Assembly: GCF_006345805.1 (NCBI RefSeq)
Contig: NC_043020.1
Location: 2,480,001 to 2,544,000, forward strand
DNA from: Octopus sinensis
Taxonomy: Eukaryota
DNA: 64,000 bases
Reading direction: 5' to 3'
Shown here in pieces: positions 36,436 to 48,445 of the stretch. Position 1 is the first letter of the stretch; every line of letters starts with the position of its first letter. The notes beneath the pieces were generated by a model, which was not told where the DNA came from, did not search any database, and worked only from the letters and a program-made list of their open reading frames with translations. Position numbers and translations under genes: made by a program.

Positions 36436-36985
36436 GATAGATAGATAGATAGATATTAGATAATAATATATATAATATATATACATATATACATTCTTGC
36501 ATTCACTATCATCCCTAACCAATATTCCATGTTTGACCATGGTGAAATATTATGTTGCTTGGAAACAGGTCAGAGTTGAAGACAGGACGAGGATGGTGCC
36601 ATAGAAGATCTTCCTCAATAAACTCCATCCAACACAAGCAAGGCATGGGGAAAAAATGGACATCATGATATATAAATATTAGATTGCATACATGTGTATG
36701 TGTGTGTCAGTATGCATGTGTATAATTGGAGAGACGTGTGTATGCGAACAAGAAAAGAAATATTGTACTTGGTATTCAAAGTCCCATGTTTTGTAATTTA
36801 TTTGAAGTTGATACTTCACATAATTTCAACTTCACAAAGTTTCAAATAATGATTTATAAAGTTCTATCTTCAAATAAATTTCGTAATATATATGCGGGTG
36901 CGTGTGTGTGTTTATATAAATACACACACACATATATATATACAAATATACATGTATACAGATATATATATACAGATATATATAT

Positions 36986-37016
<31 letters not shown>

Positions 37017-37104
37017 CAAATATGTATATATACACACACACACATGTATATATACACACACACATATATATATACACACACAAATATATATATATATATA
37101 TAAT

Positions 37105-37405
37105 AAAAAGACCATCCGAACGTTGCCAGCCCCGCCTTGGCTGGCTCCCGTGCTGCTGGCACGTTAAAAGCTCCAACCGATCGTGACCGATGCCGGACCC
37201 CCCCTGGCACCTGTGCAGGTGGCACGTAAAAAGCACCCACTACACTCGCGGAGTGGTTGGCGTTAGGAAAGGCATCCAGCCGTAGAAACTCTGCCAGATC
37301 AGACTGGAGCCTGGAGCAGCCCCTGGCTTCCCAGACCCCAGTCGAACCGTCCAACCCGTGCTAGAGCGGAAAACGGACGTTAAACGATGATGATGATGAT
37401 GATGA
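37105..37405 (+). mobile_element. RTE-family 3'UTR fragment
   Basis: Same family, ending cggacgttaaacgatgatgatg. Confidence 0.8.
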
Positions 37406-37458
37406 TATACAAATATATATATATACACACACACACACATATATATATACACACACAA

Positions 37459-37499
<41 letters not shown>

Positions 37500-37614
37500 T
37501 TCAGATGAATATGGTACTTAAGTTAAAGGCACCAGAATTTGGTATGGTATTATCCATATAAATCAAATGGATTGATTATAATCAAAATAAGCAACAAGGA
37601 TATCCAAGGTAGTG

Positions 37615-37650
<36 letters not shown>

Positions 37651-37661
37651 AATAAAGAAAA

Positions 37662-37711
37662 AGTCTTACAGCTGTTTCTGGGATAATTTATATGTCCCTT
37701 CATCAGAGACT
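37662..37711 (-). ncRNA. Type I hammerhead ribozyme motif
   Basis: Minus: AGTCT-CTGATGA-A-GGGA-catataaatta-TCCC-A-GAAAC-AGCT-GTA-AGACT. Stem I is 5 bp and stem III is the palindrome ACAGCTGT. Confidence 0.8.
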
Positions 37712-37987
37712 GTATGAGAAAATGTTTGAGTATTAATTATTGTAGAGAAGATATGAAATACAGAGGGAAGTAAAAGAAGGAAAATGGAAATGAAATACAT
37801 AAGGATATTGTATTTGCAGTTCCATTATTCAAGTAGAATGGTCTGTATAAAAGTTTCCTGTACCTTGAGTGTGAGTTCCAATGGTGTTTACATTTGGTCT
37901 TTCTAAGCATAGAGTCTAGTAAACAGTGTTATTTGATCGAGGGGGTTATATACATATATGTATATACATATATATATGCACACACAA

Positions 37988-38020
<33 letters not shown>

Positions 38021-38464
38021 GATATATACGCACACACACAGAAACAGGATGCAATGGATAGATTGTCGCCCTTTTATACTTTTAATTCTACACGTATACA
38101 TTGTTTTTGCTTTTGTCAACTACACAGTATAGTAGGGTCAGTTGGGCACCATCTGTGAGAAAAACAGCACCATGACGCAATTCACTCTGCTAGAAATTTG
38201 GAAACGACATGCATTCACACTGGAAGCTCCAGTATGACCATTTCAGAGTGCTTGGGTGTCAATCTGAGGATGGTGCAGAGGATTCAGAAAGAGTTGGATA
38301 AGTCTAATGGTGATTATGGTTCAAATGTACAAAAAGCAAAAGATAGCAACTGCTAAGTTACAGGGATATAAACAAACCAACATTGGTTGTCAAGCAGTGT
38401 CATTAGTTGTCAAGAGGGGACAAACACAAAGACATACACACATAGACTGACTGACTGACTGACA

Positions 38465-38495
<31 letters not shown>

Positions 38496-38854
38496 GACAG
38501 GCTTCTTTCTGTTTCCACCTACCTTACTAATGTTTGTGCGTAAGTTGATTTAATTAGCTGAGTTATTTTGTTTACTCTAAACAAACATAAGCCTACATCT
38601 CACACATTCACACAAGTGAGAACAGACCTCACCTTATTTGTATTTTGTATTAAAACCATGCGGTATTTTCTTTCAACTATTCGAGTAAAATGATATATAT
38701 TTGAAAATTTTCATATACCATGGAATTTGATATATTCAGAAAATTTCTTGAACTAATTTCAACTAATGTTTTTTTTATTTTAATCTGAAGAGATTCTCAA
38801 AATGGCATAAGTACCTTATCCTACTTTTAGATATGCATCTGTGTCTTAATATTC

Positions 38855-39216
38855 ATATATATATATAAAATTAGAAAAAAACACCTTTTATCAATTCAAA
38901 ATGAACAATTAAATTACACCATCTAGAAAATTACATATAATAGAAATATTAAAAATAAAATAACAATAAAATACCGGTGATTAAGTAAATTGCAAAAAAA
39001 AATAATAAAAATGTATATAATTGTTATATATATTGCTATTCTACCAATTATATACATTTTTATTTTTTTTTTTTTTGCAATTTACTTAATCAGTGATATT
39101 TTATTGTTATTTTATTTTTAATATTTTTATTATATGTAATTTTCTAGATGGTGTAATTTCATTGTTCATTTTGAATTGATAAAAGGTGGTTTTTTTCTAA
39201 TTTATATATATATATA
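38855..39216. repeat. ~165-bp-arm AT-rich inverted repeat (foldback)
   Basis: ttagaaaaaaacaccttttatcaattcaaaatgaacaa...aattg / caatt...ttgttcattttgaattgataaaaggtggttttttctaa, with a loop at ~39024-39044. Confidence 0.9.
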
Positions 39217-39334
39217 TTATATTGTGTGAAATTTGATTTAGTATTTCTAAATTGAAATTTTTTCCCTGTAAGTTTGGATTTATATTCCCTCAAACAATAT
39301 TCATATATATATATATATATATATATGAGGCAAA

Positions 39335-40555
39335 ACGACAGGTCTACCCATGGGATCCAGTCTTTCAGGCCTTCTAGCCATTACTTACATGAACTGACTA
39401 GAACATCGAGCACTCAGCACCTGTCACTCCAGTGTTTTCTTCACTAGATACATGGATGATATACTTATCATCACTTCATCACGTGAAGAGGCTGACAAAA
39501 TATCCACGACATTCTCAAGCATAGACAGTAACTTAAGATTTACCACTGAACAACCCAATAAAGATGGTTCTTTATCCCTACTTGACTTCCAGCTTAAAAT
39601 AACAAATTGGGGTAATATATACACCAACTTCTAGAAGAAAGCTGCCTGTAGAGAACTGTTTGGGAATTATAGGTCAGCCTGACCCCCTCAGTGCTAAAAC
39701 AGGATACATAAGAAATGAACTTGCACATATCAAGAATAAATGCAGCAAAGTTGAGGACCAGATCACTCACACTGCACACTTCACAGATATACTGAGACTG
39801 AATGGCTACCCTGGAACCACAATAAACCAAATTAAAAACCAAAAGCACCGCAGACATAAGACCTTCTCTAACACCAACTTCATGAAATTACCACATTTCA
39901 ATGAAAGCATAACCACAGCAATTCGTAGACCCATACGCACAATGAAGGACTAGACATACAATTAGCACGCCCCGGCCCCTCTTTGCGTGGATACCTGAAT
40001 AAAAAGCAATCTAGAGATAACAATTAATGCTCATTAACTAACTGCCCTATCCACAATACAGGTATGTGCCAGTGGGTAGAGGCGCAATGGCCCAGTGGTT
40101 AGGGCAGCGGACTCGCGGTCATAGGATTGCGGTTTCGATTCCCAAACCAGGCGTTGTGAGTGTTTATTGAGCGAAAACACCTAAAGCTCCACAAGGCTCC
40201 GGCAGGGGATGGTGGTGATCCCTGCTGTACTCTTTCACCACAACTTTCTCTCACTCTTACTTCCTGTTTCTGTTGTACCTGTATTTCAAAGGGTCAGCCT
40301 TGTCACTCTCTGTGTCATGCTGAATATCCCCGAGAACTACGTTAAGGGTGCACATGTCTGTGGAGTGCTCAGCCACTTACACGTTAATTTCACGAGCAGG
40401 CTGTTCCGTTTATTTGGATCAGCCGGAACCCTCATTGTTGTAACCGATGGAGTGCTTCCCATATGCCAGTGGACACCTGTAGTATACCGAATAGAATGCA
40501 ACAAATGTAAGGTGTTTTATATCGGCAGCACAACTCGAACTTTGCATACCCATGT
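39335..40555 (+). mobile_element. Penelope-like retroelement fragment (RT thumb + GIY-YIG endonuclease), disrupted by stops and frameshifts and by a SINE insertion
   Basis: Translations include GLPMGSSLSGLLA, RYMDDIL (RT YxDD), LSLLDFQL, LRLNGYP, CPI...GMC and VVYRIECNKCKVFYIGSTTRTLH (GIY-YIG). It has in-frame stops, and a SINE at ~40076-40459. Confidence 0.9.
40076..40459 (+). mobile_element. SINE family D inserted in the Penelope element
   Basis: TGGCCCAGTGGTTAGG A box and GGTTTCGATTCCC B box. TGCCAGTGG is duplicated on both sides. Confidence 0.9.
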
Positions 40556-40903
40556 GAAGGTTTTCCTTTCAGCTCTGAGTCTGCCTAGTTCTTACCCTGA
40601 AGTCGCTAACAGTTAACCAATGCTAGGTGTTGCATTCTTCACTTGGGATGGATTTAACGCTCTCAAAACTATATCTATCCCATTTCCTGGTGAGAATGAA
40701 ATCTACCCAGCTTATGTGTGTTTATCTAATTGGTGGGAGATCAGGTGTGACTTACAAACATTTAAATCAGTTTCTTTGAAGTTTGTACTGAAAATGGGTA
40801 AGTGTGTGTGTCTGTGTGTGTATAAGAGAGACAGACAAACAGACAGACAGTGTTTGCATGTGTGTAGGAATATATGTGTGTACATGTGTTCATATCCTAC
40901 CTC

Positions 40904-40931
<28 letters not shown>

Positions 40932-40934
<3 letters not shown>

Positions 40935-41110
40935 GAGGCACAATGGCCCAGTGGTTAGGGCAGCGGACTCGCGGTCGTAGGATTGCGGTTTCGATTCCCA
41001 GACCGGGTGTTGTGCGTGTTTATTGAGTGAAAACACCTAGAAGCTCCACGAGGCTCTGGCATGGAGTGGTGATCCCTGCTGTACTCTTTCACCACTCTTT
41101 CTCTCACTCA
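40932..41110 (+). mobile_element. SINE family D 5' part
   Basis: Same head as 40076. Confidence 0.88.
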
Positions 41111-41152
41111 TGAATGGATCTGATAGACAAAAACTGAAAGAAGCTCCCCCCT

Positions 41153-41410
41153 TTCCATCATCATCATCATCATCGTTTAACGTCTGCTTTCCATGCTAGC
41201 ATGGGTTGGACGATTTTGACTGAGGGCTGGCGAACCAGATGGCTGCAACAGACCCAATCTTGATCTGGCAGAGTTTCTACAGCTGGATGCCCTTCCTAAC
41301 ACCAACCACTCCGAGAGTGTAGTGGGTGCTTTTACATGCCACCGGCACAAGGGCCAGTCAGGTGGTACTGGCAATGGCCATGCTCAAATGGTGTTTTTTA
41401 CGTGCTATTG
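41153..41410 (-). mobile_element. RTE-family 3'UTR fragment
   Basis: Same family. Confidence 0.8.
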
Positions 41411-42029
41411 TCTATGTGTATGTCTGTGTGTCTGTGTTTGTTCTCAATCACCGCTTGACAACTGGTGATGGTTTGTTTACGTCTCTATAACTTAGCAGTT
41501 TGGCAAAAGAGACTGATAGAGTAAGTGCCAGGCTTAAAAAAAAAATTTTTTAAACCAAGTACTGAGGTTAATTCATTCAACTAAAAATTCTTCAATATGG
41601 TGCCCCAGCATGGCTGCAGTCCAATGACTGAAACAGGTAAAGGATAAAAGATATATATATATAGAATGAATGCACATGTATGAGTATGAAATACATGTAT
41701 ATAAGCATCTGCATATGCACATGTGCATGCAAATATCTGTGCATATGTTTACATAGGCTTACATTTCTACATATGCATACATGTGTGTAACTGTATACAT
41801 ACATACATACATACATACATATACATATATATATATACACACATACAAGTCTGTCTATGTATGTATAGATGTACATGTGTGCACATGCATGTTTCTGTAC
41901 ATATATGTTTTTACACATATGAATGTACATACATACATATATATATATATTTATATATATAATATTAATTTATTATATGACGGAACGCACGCATCCATTT
42001 CTAAGTAAGATTGTTCTTCTATATATATA

Positions 42030-42590
42030 TATATAATAATGAAGGGTGAAATTAATTAATTAATTAATTTGGAATAATTATATTAGTTACACAAGTATCA
42101 ATTACACCCACAGCATCTTGTTTTGGCTACACGTGGTTGGAAGGGGCTGTGTGACCAATCTTTCCATTCACACATTGGTTGGTGATACTAGTTGATTCTA
42201 GCGGATTCTAGCTCGCTCTGATACTGAGTTGAGTTGGTGCCTCCTAGTATCTCAAAATTCAATATATAATCATTTATGATTATAGTATTCTACGCTGAAG
42301 AGAAAAGAAGTTTTTGGTAAGATAGAATTATTTAATATTTAATTCTTTTATGCTTTCCTAAAAAACTTGATTTCGAAACGTACGTCCGTAGATAACTTAA
42401 AATTTATGATAGATTGCCGTCAATTCATTCTCTCTTACCTGTTTGTGTTGCCTTCCAATTGCTGTTTTTACTGAGATCTCCCCCTTTTTAGTAGAAGAAA
42501 TAGCTATAACTCTTTGACTGCTATTTCTAAATTCTATTCGGTATGTGGTAAGGCAATTCGTGCTAACCCTTTATTGCTTAGTATTACTTA
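42030..42590 (+). mobile_element. Penelope pLTR-like unit carrying the HHR at 42289
   Basis: Both ends abut (TA)n. The left end (tataataatgaagggtgaaattaattaatt) resembles the 34806 end in the opposite orientation to the HHR, suggesting an inverted arrangement. Confidence 0.55.
42289..42392 (+). ncRNA. Type I hammerhead ribozyme, canonical core, long stem II
   Basis: TCTACG-CTGAAGA-GAAA...TTTC-GAAAC-GTAC-GTC-CGTAGA. Stem I is 6 bp. Stem II has GAAA/TTTC, AAGTTTTT/AAAAACTT and AGAATTA/TAATTCT. Stem III is the palindrome ACGTACGT, followed by a GUC site. Confidence 0.88.
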
Positions 42591-42605
42591 TATAATATAA
42601 TATAT

Positions 42606-42646
<41 letters not shown>

Positions 42647-43177
42647 ACACATATATATATACACACACACACCATATATATATACAACACGCACACACCA
42701 TATATATATATATATACCACACATATATATAATATATGTATATACATACATATATATATATATATACATATATATTATATATATATATACATACATATAT
42801 ATAATACATACATCATATCTATATATACATACATATATTATATACATACATACATATATATATATACATACATATATATATATATACATACATATATATA
42901 TATACAACATATATATTATATATATATATACATACATATATATATATTATATATTATATATAATACATAAAGCATATATATATATATATATATATATACA
43001 TACATACATACAACATATATAATATATATATTTACATACATACATATATAATATATAATATATATATATACCTACATACATACATACATATATATATATC
43101 ATATACATACATACATAATATATATATATACATACATACATATATATATATATATACATACATACATATATATATAT

Positions 43178-43208
<31 letters not shown>

Positions 43209-43300
43209 CATACATACATATCTATATATATATATATATACATACATATATATATATAAATATACATCATACATATATATATATTACATACATAATAAAT
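42590..43300. repeat. (TA)n/(TACA)n compound microsatellite
   Basis: Direct reading. Confidence 0.97.
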
Positions 43301-43314
43301 CCTTAAATATCTTA

Positions 43315-44290
43315 AAAAAGTTTTAGCCCGAAGGCCGCGGCCATGCTGGGGCACCACCGCCGTGAATGAGCCACACTAGTTTGTGAATCCACCTCTGATA
43401 CGTGGCACTTGATCAACAAGGGAGTTCGATGCTGCTGCGCCGCTGCCCGCATCCGCGTCTCCTGTCGTGAGGTAGGTTCATCTGGGACTTCACCACAAGA
43501 AGAGATCCAGTTTAGTTTTAAAAACCCCACATCCACACCATGTAAGTCTCTCAGGCATTTAGGGAGGATGTTGAAAAGCTGTGGTCCTCTGAAACCCAAG
43601 CTTTGTTTGCAGTATCTGGACCTGTATTTGATGGTGATGTTGGAATCCTTGGCCGCACCCACGCAGCGTCGCCCCGTTTCTGCGGTTGGAGTAACTTTGA
43701 ATGCCAAAGTTTGGGATAAGACCCTCCAGGATTTTCCAGATGTATTTACTGCATATCTCTCTCCGCCTCCGCTCCAGGGAGAAGAGGTTTTAATACCTTC
43801 AGTCTTTCCCAGTAGCTGACATTTTGCATTGAGACGATTTTCTTTGTGTAGCTTCTCTGAGTTGCTTCGAGTTCTGCTGTTTGTTTTATATTGTTGTGGT
43901 GCCAAAGTTGGGAGCAGTAGTCCAAGCGGCTGAGGACAAATTTTTCCATAGGACCATCAGTGTCTCCTTCTCTCTTGTCTGCTGAAAGTTCGGAGAATCC
44001 ATCCAGCTAGCCGTCTGCATTTTATCACCAGATTAGCAATATGCATTGGAAAGATGCATCATTGCTCATGTCAATGCCCAGGTCACGCACTGATTTTGAC
44101 TCAGGGATTGCAATTCTTCCTGGGCCAGTGTATCCAGTCTTCACGTCATTTACCTTTGTGTGCCAGTAGCGCAGGGCCTGGACTTACCTGCATTAAACTG
44201 CATGTTGTTGTCCTCAGCCCACCTGTATATGTGTCCAGCTCATGTTGCAGATGCGCAATATTTTCAGGTTCTGTATTGCGTGGGAGGAGC
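43315..44290 (-). mobile_element. 5'-truncated CR1/L2-group LINE (RT C-terminus and 3' tail), frameshifted
   Basis: Translations include WAEDNNMQFN, VRDLGIDMS, FVLSRLDYCSQLW...ELEATQRSYTKKI...YWERLKVL and GPQLFNILPKCLRDL...VPDEP. The 3' tail is GTGCCCCAGCATGGCCGCGGCCTTCGGGCTAAAAC. Confidence 0.9.
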
Positions 44291-44444
44291 CATGGTGGAG
44301 TTGCAATGTACCATCCGAGATGACCTCAGCCCCAGGTCCTGCTGTCATATTCAAACTCAGTATGTGAAACTCAAATGTAACACATAGACAACTGATATCG
44401 TCCCATAGGCACTACATATCGCCCACCAGACGCCCCAAAACACT

Positions 44445-44654
44445 CATGCATATATATAGACATACATATAATATATATATATTAAAACATACATACATAC
44501 ATATATTATATATATACACTACATAATATAATATATATATAAACATACATACATACATAACATAATAAATATATATATATACTACATACATATATATATA
44601 TATATCATACATACATATATATATATATATACATACATACATATATATATATAT

Positions 44655-44704
<50 letters not shown>

Positions 44705-44718
44705 TATATATAATAAAC

Positions 44719-44779
<61 letters not shown>

Positions 44780-44912
44780 CATACATACTATATATATATA
44801 ATATATAATACATACATATTATAATATATATATATATCATACATATATATATATATATATACATACATACATACATATATATATATATACATACATACAT
44901 ATATATATATAT

Positions 44913-44943
<31 letters not shown>

Positions 44944-45152
44944 ATACATACATATATATATATATATACATACAATATATATATATATATATATATACAT
45001 ACATATATATATATATATATATAACATACATATATATATATATATATATACATACATATATATCTATATAATATATAATATATACATACATATATATATA
45101 TATATATAAACATACATACATATATAATATACATACATATATATATATATAT

Positions 45153-45185
<33 letters not shown>

Positions 45186-45245
45186 AACATCCTACAACAT
45201 ACATATATATATATATATTATATATTATATATATATATATAAATG
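44445..45245. repeat. (TA)n/(TACA)n compound microsatellite
   Basis: Direct reading. Confidence 0.97.
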
Positions 45246-45369
45246 CTAACTCACACACATGCATATATAGATAGAATCATAGATATAGATATATAAACGC
45301 TAACATATATTTAAGGAAATGCCTTCAAAAGAATAAAAATATCATTCACAGACAGCAGCAGGACATGTA

Positions 45370-45414
<45 letters not shown>

Positions 45415-45509
45415 CTTCTTCCAATTATTATAATTATTATTAATTCAATTAGCCATCTATTTTCTGCACATTCATTTTAATTATTTATTTATTCTATGAG
45501 AGATAGAAA

Positions 45510-45553
<44 letters not shown>

Positions 45554-45769
45554 GAGAGAAAGCATGATGCATATTTAAACATTGGTAAGTGATTACAAAG
45601 CCGAGTTATGTGTGTTTCCACCCAATATGTAACGACATTGCATGATTACCCTGTCTCTAATTCTTTGATGTTTATATTCCATGGAGAACTGGAGAACCAA
45701 CCTGGTCTTTGGAGCTGGCAGAATTTTTTGCTTCTCTGAATAAAATTTCGTTTTGGAAGTTTGAATCAC

Positions 45770-45791
45770 ATAATAATAATAATAATAATAA

Positions 45792-45868
<77 letters not shown>

Positions 45869-45869
45869 A

Positions 45870-45930
<61 letters not shown>

Positions 45931-45949
45931 GGTGGTGGTAGTGGTAGTG

Positions 45950-45993
<44 letters not shown>

Positions 45994-46047
45994 AGTAGTA
46001 GTAGTAGTGGTGGTGGTAGTGGTAGTGGTAGTAGTAGTAGTAGTAGT

Positions 46048-46082
<35 letters not shown>

Positions 46083-46120
46083 GGTGGTGGTAGTGGTAGT
46101 GGTATAGTAGTAGTAGTAGT
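45770..46120. repeat. (AAT)n-(AGT)n-(GGT)n microsatellite
   Basis: Direct reading. Confidence 0.97.
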
Positions 46121-46497
46121 AAAATTGAAATTAGTAAAAATAGAGAGTCTTAGTTAAAATGAAAAAATCTGTTAAATTTAATTTTTTTTTTTTGGTTTCT
46201 GGCTTTTACTTGTTTCGGTTTTTGAACAGTGGCCATGCTGGAGCACCACTTTGAAGGGGGTTTAATCAAATAAAATCGAACCCAGTACTTATTTTTCATC
46301 ATCCATCATCATCATCCTCTAAATTCCGTTTTCTATGCTGGCATGGATTGGACGGGATTCATCCTAAGTCTAGTCATGGTAGCTGGAGTTGAAGGCCCAA
46401 CTTCACATATAGGACCCAGGGTAAATTTTTGAGAAAAAACGTACTACTTAAATGTCATGTGTGTATACATATATATATATATATATCATCATCATCA

Positions 46498-46910
46498 TCA
46501 TCATCATCATTGTTTGACCGTTGTCAAGACAATGGAACTTACTATGTTACGCCAGACTTCACGGTCCATCATAGCATTACAGAGGTCCTGTTGCTGGATG
46601 CCTGTATCCCTGGAGATTACATCAGGGTAGGAGAGTGTGCACCCTCTGGTATTGCGAGCAGATGGCTTCCAGAGGAGAAGAGTAGAAATTGCCTCGTTGT
46701 CAGCTCTACAACAATGTCCGGCAAACTGGACTCTCCTACCTTTCACAAGAGATGACACAGGTGGTAATTTCCCATATATTTGTACTTTGGTTGGATGATG
46801 CTTCCACGAAAGATTTTGAGCTCTCATAAGGAGGCGAGTGTAGGTTCCATCCAACTGCCTCTCAAGCTTCTTTGATAACGTCCAGGTTTCTGAGCCATAG
46901 AGTAGAACTG
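46498..46910 (-). mobile_element. 5'-truncated RTE-clade LINE 3' end
   Basis: GTYTRLLMRAQNLSWKHH...RRVQFAGHCCRAD...LLLWKP...DTG...AMMDREVWR, followed by a (GAT)n tail. Confidence 0.88.
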
Positions 46911-46935
46911 GTTCGACATATATATATATATATAT

Positions 46936-47033
46936 GCTTCAGCAGAACGTATACTAAAATTGGAATGATACAGATATTAGCATGGCCCCTGCACAAGGAT
47001 GAGAGGCAAATTTGTGAATCATTTCATACTTTT
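46936..47033 (+). pseudogene. U6: U6 snRNA pseudogene
   Basis: GCTTCAGCAGAACGTATACTAAAATTGGAATGATACAGATATTAGCATGGCCCCTGCACAAGGATGAGAGGCAAATTTGTGAATCATTTCATACTTTT aligns to the metazoan U6 sequence over its length. The ACAGAGA box is disrupted, CpG sites are decayed, and (TA)n lies upstream instead of a promoter. Confidence 0.95.
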
Positions 47034-47231
47034 CTAATCACTGGATGTGCCCCAACATGGCCATGGCCTTAGGGCTGAAACGTAAGAAAGAATAAAAGAA
47101 TATATATATATATGATTGTGTGTGAGGAGGGGTTCTATTGTAACTGCCAATGTTTGTAACCATTTAACAGCCGGAAGTCAGATTTGTAAATATATTTACA
47201 TATTTTCTATCTAAATAACTCTCTATTTTGC

Positions 47232-47266
<35 letters not shown>

Positions 47267-47659
47267 CTGTGTGTGTGTATGTGTATGTATATATATTTTA
47301 TGTGTATATATACATATATATATTCTATATATGTATACATACATATATTATACTATATGTGTATATATATATATATATATTCTATATGTGTATGTACATT
47401 CTATATGTATATATATATACACACACACAAGTACATATATATATACACACACATGTACATATATATATATACATATACACATATATATTACATACACACA
47501 TATATATTACATACACACATATACATACACATATAAACATCTATATATATATATACATATACACCTGCATATATATATATGCACGCGCGCGCGCGCACTT
47601 TCGTAATTTGATCCATAAATCTATTTAATGGCGTAACACTCTCTATAGGTAGGTATGTG

Positions 47660-47887
47660 CATGTGTATACACACACGCACACACATATACTTACAAACAC
47701 ACACATACACACACACATATACTTACAAACACACACATACACATATACTTACACACACACACACACACACATATACTTACAAACACACACGCACATACAT
47801 ACACATATATACTTACACACACACACACACATACACATACACATATATATACTTACAAACACACACACATATACATACACATATATA

Positions 47888-47923
<36 letters not shown>

Positions 47924-47962
47924 CTTACAAACACACACACACATACATACACATATATACTT

Positions 47963-47999
<37 letters not shown>

Positions 48000-48000
48000 C
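47660..48000. repeat. CA/TA-rich minisatellite with recurring ATATACTTAC spacer
   Basis: The unit acacacac..atatacttac(a) recurs about 8 times. Confidence 0.85.
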
Positions 48001-48406
48001 ATATAAAGGGAAAAGTTAGAGCATTTTCAAAGTAATTAGCTGTCAGGTGAGGCAGCTCTGCGGAAAACTATGCAACTCTGTTTATGAAGAAACACAAGTT
48101 TGAAGAGATTTTTATTGTTCACAACACCTGCACCACCACCACCACCACACCACCGCCGCCACCTCACCCACCGCCCCAGCCACCGTTGCCCACCCATCCC
48201 CCACCCTTCACATCCACACCCCATACTATTCCAATCCACCCAAGGCATAATCGTTAAAAGTAACAGTCTTACCTATCTTCAAACACCGCAACCACAGCCG
48301 CCACCGCCACTACCAACACCATCATCACTACAATCTCCATCACCACCTTCAGTACTACAGTTCTACCACAACCAATACCACTCTTACCACCACCACCACC
48401 ACCACT

Positions 48407-48445
<39 letters not shown>

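Noticed and set aside
38785-38810. CTGAAGAGATTCTCAAAATGGC possible decayed hammerhead
   Set aside because: The GAAAC and GUH elements are lost, so it cannot be supported.
44412-45264. 252-aa and overlapping YI/YV ORFs
   Set aside because: (TA)n/(TACA)n artefacts.
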